Shown: in pieces, positions 60,715-64,000 of the stretch
How the letters are laid out: the number at the start of each line of letters is the position of its first letter
Position numbering within the stretch: position 1 is the first letter of the stretch
DNA from: Lama guanicoe
Taxonomy: Eukaryota
Direction: 5' to 3'
Length of the DNA stretch: 64,000 nucleotides
Assembly (NCBI GenBank): GCA_013239625.1
Contig: MU053652.1
Coordinates: forward strand, 5,261,902 to 5,325,901
The notes under the pieces: generated by a model
Databases searched by the model: none
What the model was told of the DNA's origin: nothing
The model's input: the letters and a program-made list of their open reading frames with translations, nothing else
Program-made: the position numbers and the translations under genes

Positions 60715-62198
60715 TGCTGTTTGCACTAACTCCTCAGATTTCTGTGCCTCTTATGTGAGAAGGGACAGGCTCTGGTTTCTCCTGCCTCTTCTCTTACATT
60801 GTCATTTCTTCACTGTGTTGAACTGGGAGGACTCCTCAGTGTGGAATGGGATTTTCTGCCAAATGCCATTAATGCTATTTTATCCTTGGGCCCTACAGAT
60901 ACTAAAAGTGTTGGGTCAGCGTCTTCTGGTGGTGGTGGTGGTGGTGGTGTGTGTGTGTGAGGGGAGGGTGGAGGGGCTAGGATGGAGAGGTGTAAGAGCT
61001 GGGGAATTGAGAGTCTTTTAAAATAAGATTTTTGTTGTTGTTGGTTTTAATATCGTACCCCTAGCACAGAGCTCAGAGTACATGTGACCCCAAAGGGAGT
61101 CCAGTTAACTTCTAAACACACACAAGGACCAGCTGTTCACTCCATGCCATCACAGTCTTATGTCTGGTCCCCTCTTGCCCCAGTTCTCCGGGGCCATAAA
61201 TCCAGGCTGGAGAGGGACCAAGAAGTTTGAAATAGTGACAGATTGTTCCCTAGTCCAGAGGGCCGAGGAGCAGTGAGTTCATCCTGGAATTAGGAAGCTT
61301 GGTCTAGGTAGGGCTGGGTATGACCTAATCACTCTGGACAAAACACACAGCCTGTGACCATCCTAGAGAGAGCCCTGAGCACCGGTTGGGTCTTAGGGAT
61401 TCCCCGGGTGACCTGCATTTGGCCTGGTAGTGTTATAATAGACCTCTCACACTTGTTTCTGCTTGAACTTGTCTGCCCAAGGCTGGCCTGAGATTGTGAG
61501 TGAATGACTTTGCTCTTTTCCTCAATGCTGTACTTCATTAAGAAAAAAATTCTAGCTTCTTGCAGAGAGGGGTCCGATCAGGAAACTGGTCCTGCCTAGA
61601 TACAAAGAATTAGCTCCTCCTGCCCTCCTTCAGCTGTTTCTGCCTTTGTAGGGACAGGGAAGAAGAGGAAGATTTGCTGCAGAGGATTCCAGAAGGTTGC
61701 TGTGACTCTCACGGGAAAGTGGTGGAGGTTCAGCCGAGGCCGGGCTGGAGTACTTGCTGCTTGGTGGATAGCATTCTGGCCAAATCTCCACATCCCTGCT
61801 GCCACGATGTTGGGGCATAACTGTCACCAGGGTACTTTGCTCACTCACTTAGGTAATAGAGTTTCAGTCCACGAGCTTCATCTGACCCACACGTGTTACT
61901 ATTAAAGGAGGGACTCAGAAAAGTTGGGCTTAAGCAGGGTCACCTCCCTATTCTTTGCTTTTCCCTATGTGTCCTTGCCGGTTGTAGAGATCTTTGGACC
62001 CTAAAGACCAAAGCTTTGCCACTGACTAATGTATCTTTCTGTTATTTCATCATAGCAATCTTGTAAGGGTTTGGGGTACAAAAGACCTTGATTAAATGTT
62101 CTGGTTGGGAGCCTGGGTGACCTGGACTATCTCCAGTAAGCAGACTTAACAGAGCAGAAGTGATGTATTTCAATGATAATAACATAAACCATGGAATC

Positions 62199-62204
62199 AT
62201 TAAA
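62199..62204 (+). terminator. GCC1: Candidate GCC1 polyadenylation signal (ATTAAA)
   Basis: ATTAAA followed by tgtgtgctt at ~62221; other ATTAAA at 61901 and 62091. Confidence 0.45.
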
Positions 62205-62261
62205 CCTGACCAACTTGACCTGTGTGCTTCCTTAATGGCATTTAGATCTGGACACAAATAG

Positions 62262-62340
62262 AGTGTAAATGTAAGTGGTAAATGAAAAGGATGTGGATAA
62301 ACAAAGTGTGAATGTAAATGGTAAATGAAAAGGATGTGGA
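62262..62340. repeat. Two-copy tandem duplication, period 43
   Basis: agtgtRaatgtaaRtggtaaatgaaaaggatgtgga at 62262-62297 and 62305-62340. Confidence 0.85.
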
Positions 62341-63409
62341 AAGGATAGTAATATTTCATTATATCTGTCCAGAAGCTTGAATCTGGGGAGGAATACCTCA
62401 GTGCTTTAATTGCCTCAATTACAGCACAAATTTTTTAGCCTGGAATTGTGTGTATGTGTTTGGGTATAGGCAGCTATGCTGGAAAAAGCTTTCTCATGGG
62501 TTTAAGGGGCCAGCTTGAAACTTCCTTAATTACTGCTTTAAACTTTAGAAGTAATCTGTTTATGAGTGCTTTCTTATACTTCAGGGTTCATGGTATCCTG
62601 GAAAAGTTTCTCAGAACGTCTTGCTAAACTAAATGATCGTTATCATCATCATCTCTTAATTTTCTCACCTGATCCCCTTCAATGTAGGATACACTGCGAT
62701 TGTTGTTATTGCTCGGTGGTTCAGGACAGAATAGAAAGATCCATAGTCACACGTGCTTTCCTCGGACGAATAATTCCATGCTTTGACTTTTGAGAAGATA
62801 TTAAATGAGCAAAGAAGCAAGTCAGTTTCTGATTAATACTTTTACGTATTGATTTACAGAAGGCGGCGAATGCTCCCAGCTGAAAGGAAAAGACTTGGTG
62901 CCTTCCTACCCATAAGGACACAAGTTCCTTATCTCCACATCCCCTTCCCTCAGATACATCTTCCACTTATTTGACTGGTTTGCCTGTGCTAGATACTCTA
63001 AGAAAGGAAAGGGAGAGAGAGGAAAAATTTAGATCGGACATAGGAAAATAAATTTTCCTTGGGCTCTCGTCCCAGAATATCAGACAGTGCACGGGATGTG
63101 TTGATAAGAAAATGAGACTGAACTGTACTTGTTAATTACCACGCAATTCAGGACTGTCATTGAGAAGAAGAGATGGAGGGAGAAAAGGACGAGAAGGCAA
63201 GTTGATAACTCTGCAGCTTTCTGCTTTTTTCTTTTTTTGTCTGTCCTATTGGGTACCTCTGATCTGGGGCATAAACATCTGTATAATCACGCCCTTGATG
63301 TTTTAAGTCCCCATCTGTTACCCAGAGCTCTGAGGCTCTCAGCTTTGTCTTGTGAAGCTGCTGTCCCAGGGTTGTTTTTGTCTTTGTAACTTGTCAAGGG
63401 TGCCAGCAC

Positions 63410-63570
63410 CTTGTTGAGCCATTTACACCCATTATATCATTTACTCCTCGCATGTGTTATTATCCCCCATTTCACAGATGAGAAATCAAAGCCTGAGAGG
63501 TTAGGTTTGCCCAAGATCATGTAACAAGTAGATGTCTGAACCAAGTCTGATTAACCCCAAAGCCAGCTTA
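63410..63570 (-). mobile_element. MIR SINE
   Basis: ttattatcccccatttcacagatgagaaa...gagaggttagg...gcccaagatca. Confidence 0.7.
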
Positions 63571-64000
63571 GTTTGGATATGTGCCTGTCTTTAGGACGTG
63601 GGAGGGTCAGGGCCTGTCTCCATAGCTGACAGCTAGGGTTGGAGAGACTGATCTCTTGGCTGAGCTGGGCTGCTTCAAATGGAGAAAAAGTCTCCAGCTG
63701 TAAGTTGCAGCCAAAGTTGCTACATTATAGAGCTGAACAGGCAACACTGGTTTTTCATAAGAGCCCTGGAGCTCCCTGCTCTGTCCCCCAGGTTCCAGAT
63801 GACTGTTAATTTTGAAACTGGTATCATTCTAACAAAACGAGAGGTGGGTATCAGCTATTACTATAGGGTGTTCCAACCATAATTTCCAGTAAAGCTGGGG
63901 AAACAGCTTTGGGAATTGGAAGTAGAATCCTAAAGAATGGGTTACTTTGCCCAATCTTCACCCTCCTTGACTCTCCTCTCCAGTCTCTTCCCCTGCTTCT

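Noticed and set aside
59788..60726. 312 and 246 aa antisense ORFs
   Set aside because: Shadow ORFs from the CTG/CAG/GAG codon bias of GCC1 exon 2

Overview
Mammalian genomic DNA, most likely a camelid (seven copies of a tRNA-Ala-derived SINE resembling the camelid vic-1 family). It holds the conserved block SND1 (exon 1 and part of intron 1, minus) - PAX4 (plus, 10 coding exons) - FSCN3 (minus, 6 coding exons plus a 3'UTR exon, 498 aa) - ARF5 (minus, 6 exons, 180 aa) - GCC1/GCC88 (plus, 2 exons, 775 aa), among L1, L2, MIR, MaLR/ERV LTR and hAT relics. I do not see a wholly new multi-gene system. Most notable: (1) both alternative PAX4 C-terminal coding segments appear frameshifted relative to human/mouse, and the conserved LIGGAG tail now sits in frame behind a single TGA; (2) a decayed RPE processed pseudogene at ~17 kb that the ORF track misses; (3) a MER41-like solo LTR with a 4-bp TSD in the GCC1 intron; (4) overlapping uORFs in GCC1 and FSCN3 and a GC-AG intron in FSCN3. 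Comparisons with human/mouse sequences and repeat consensus sequences are from memory and need alignment to confirm.
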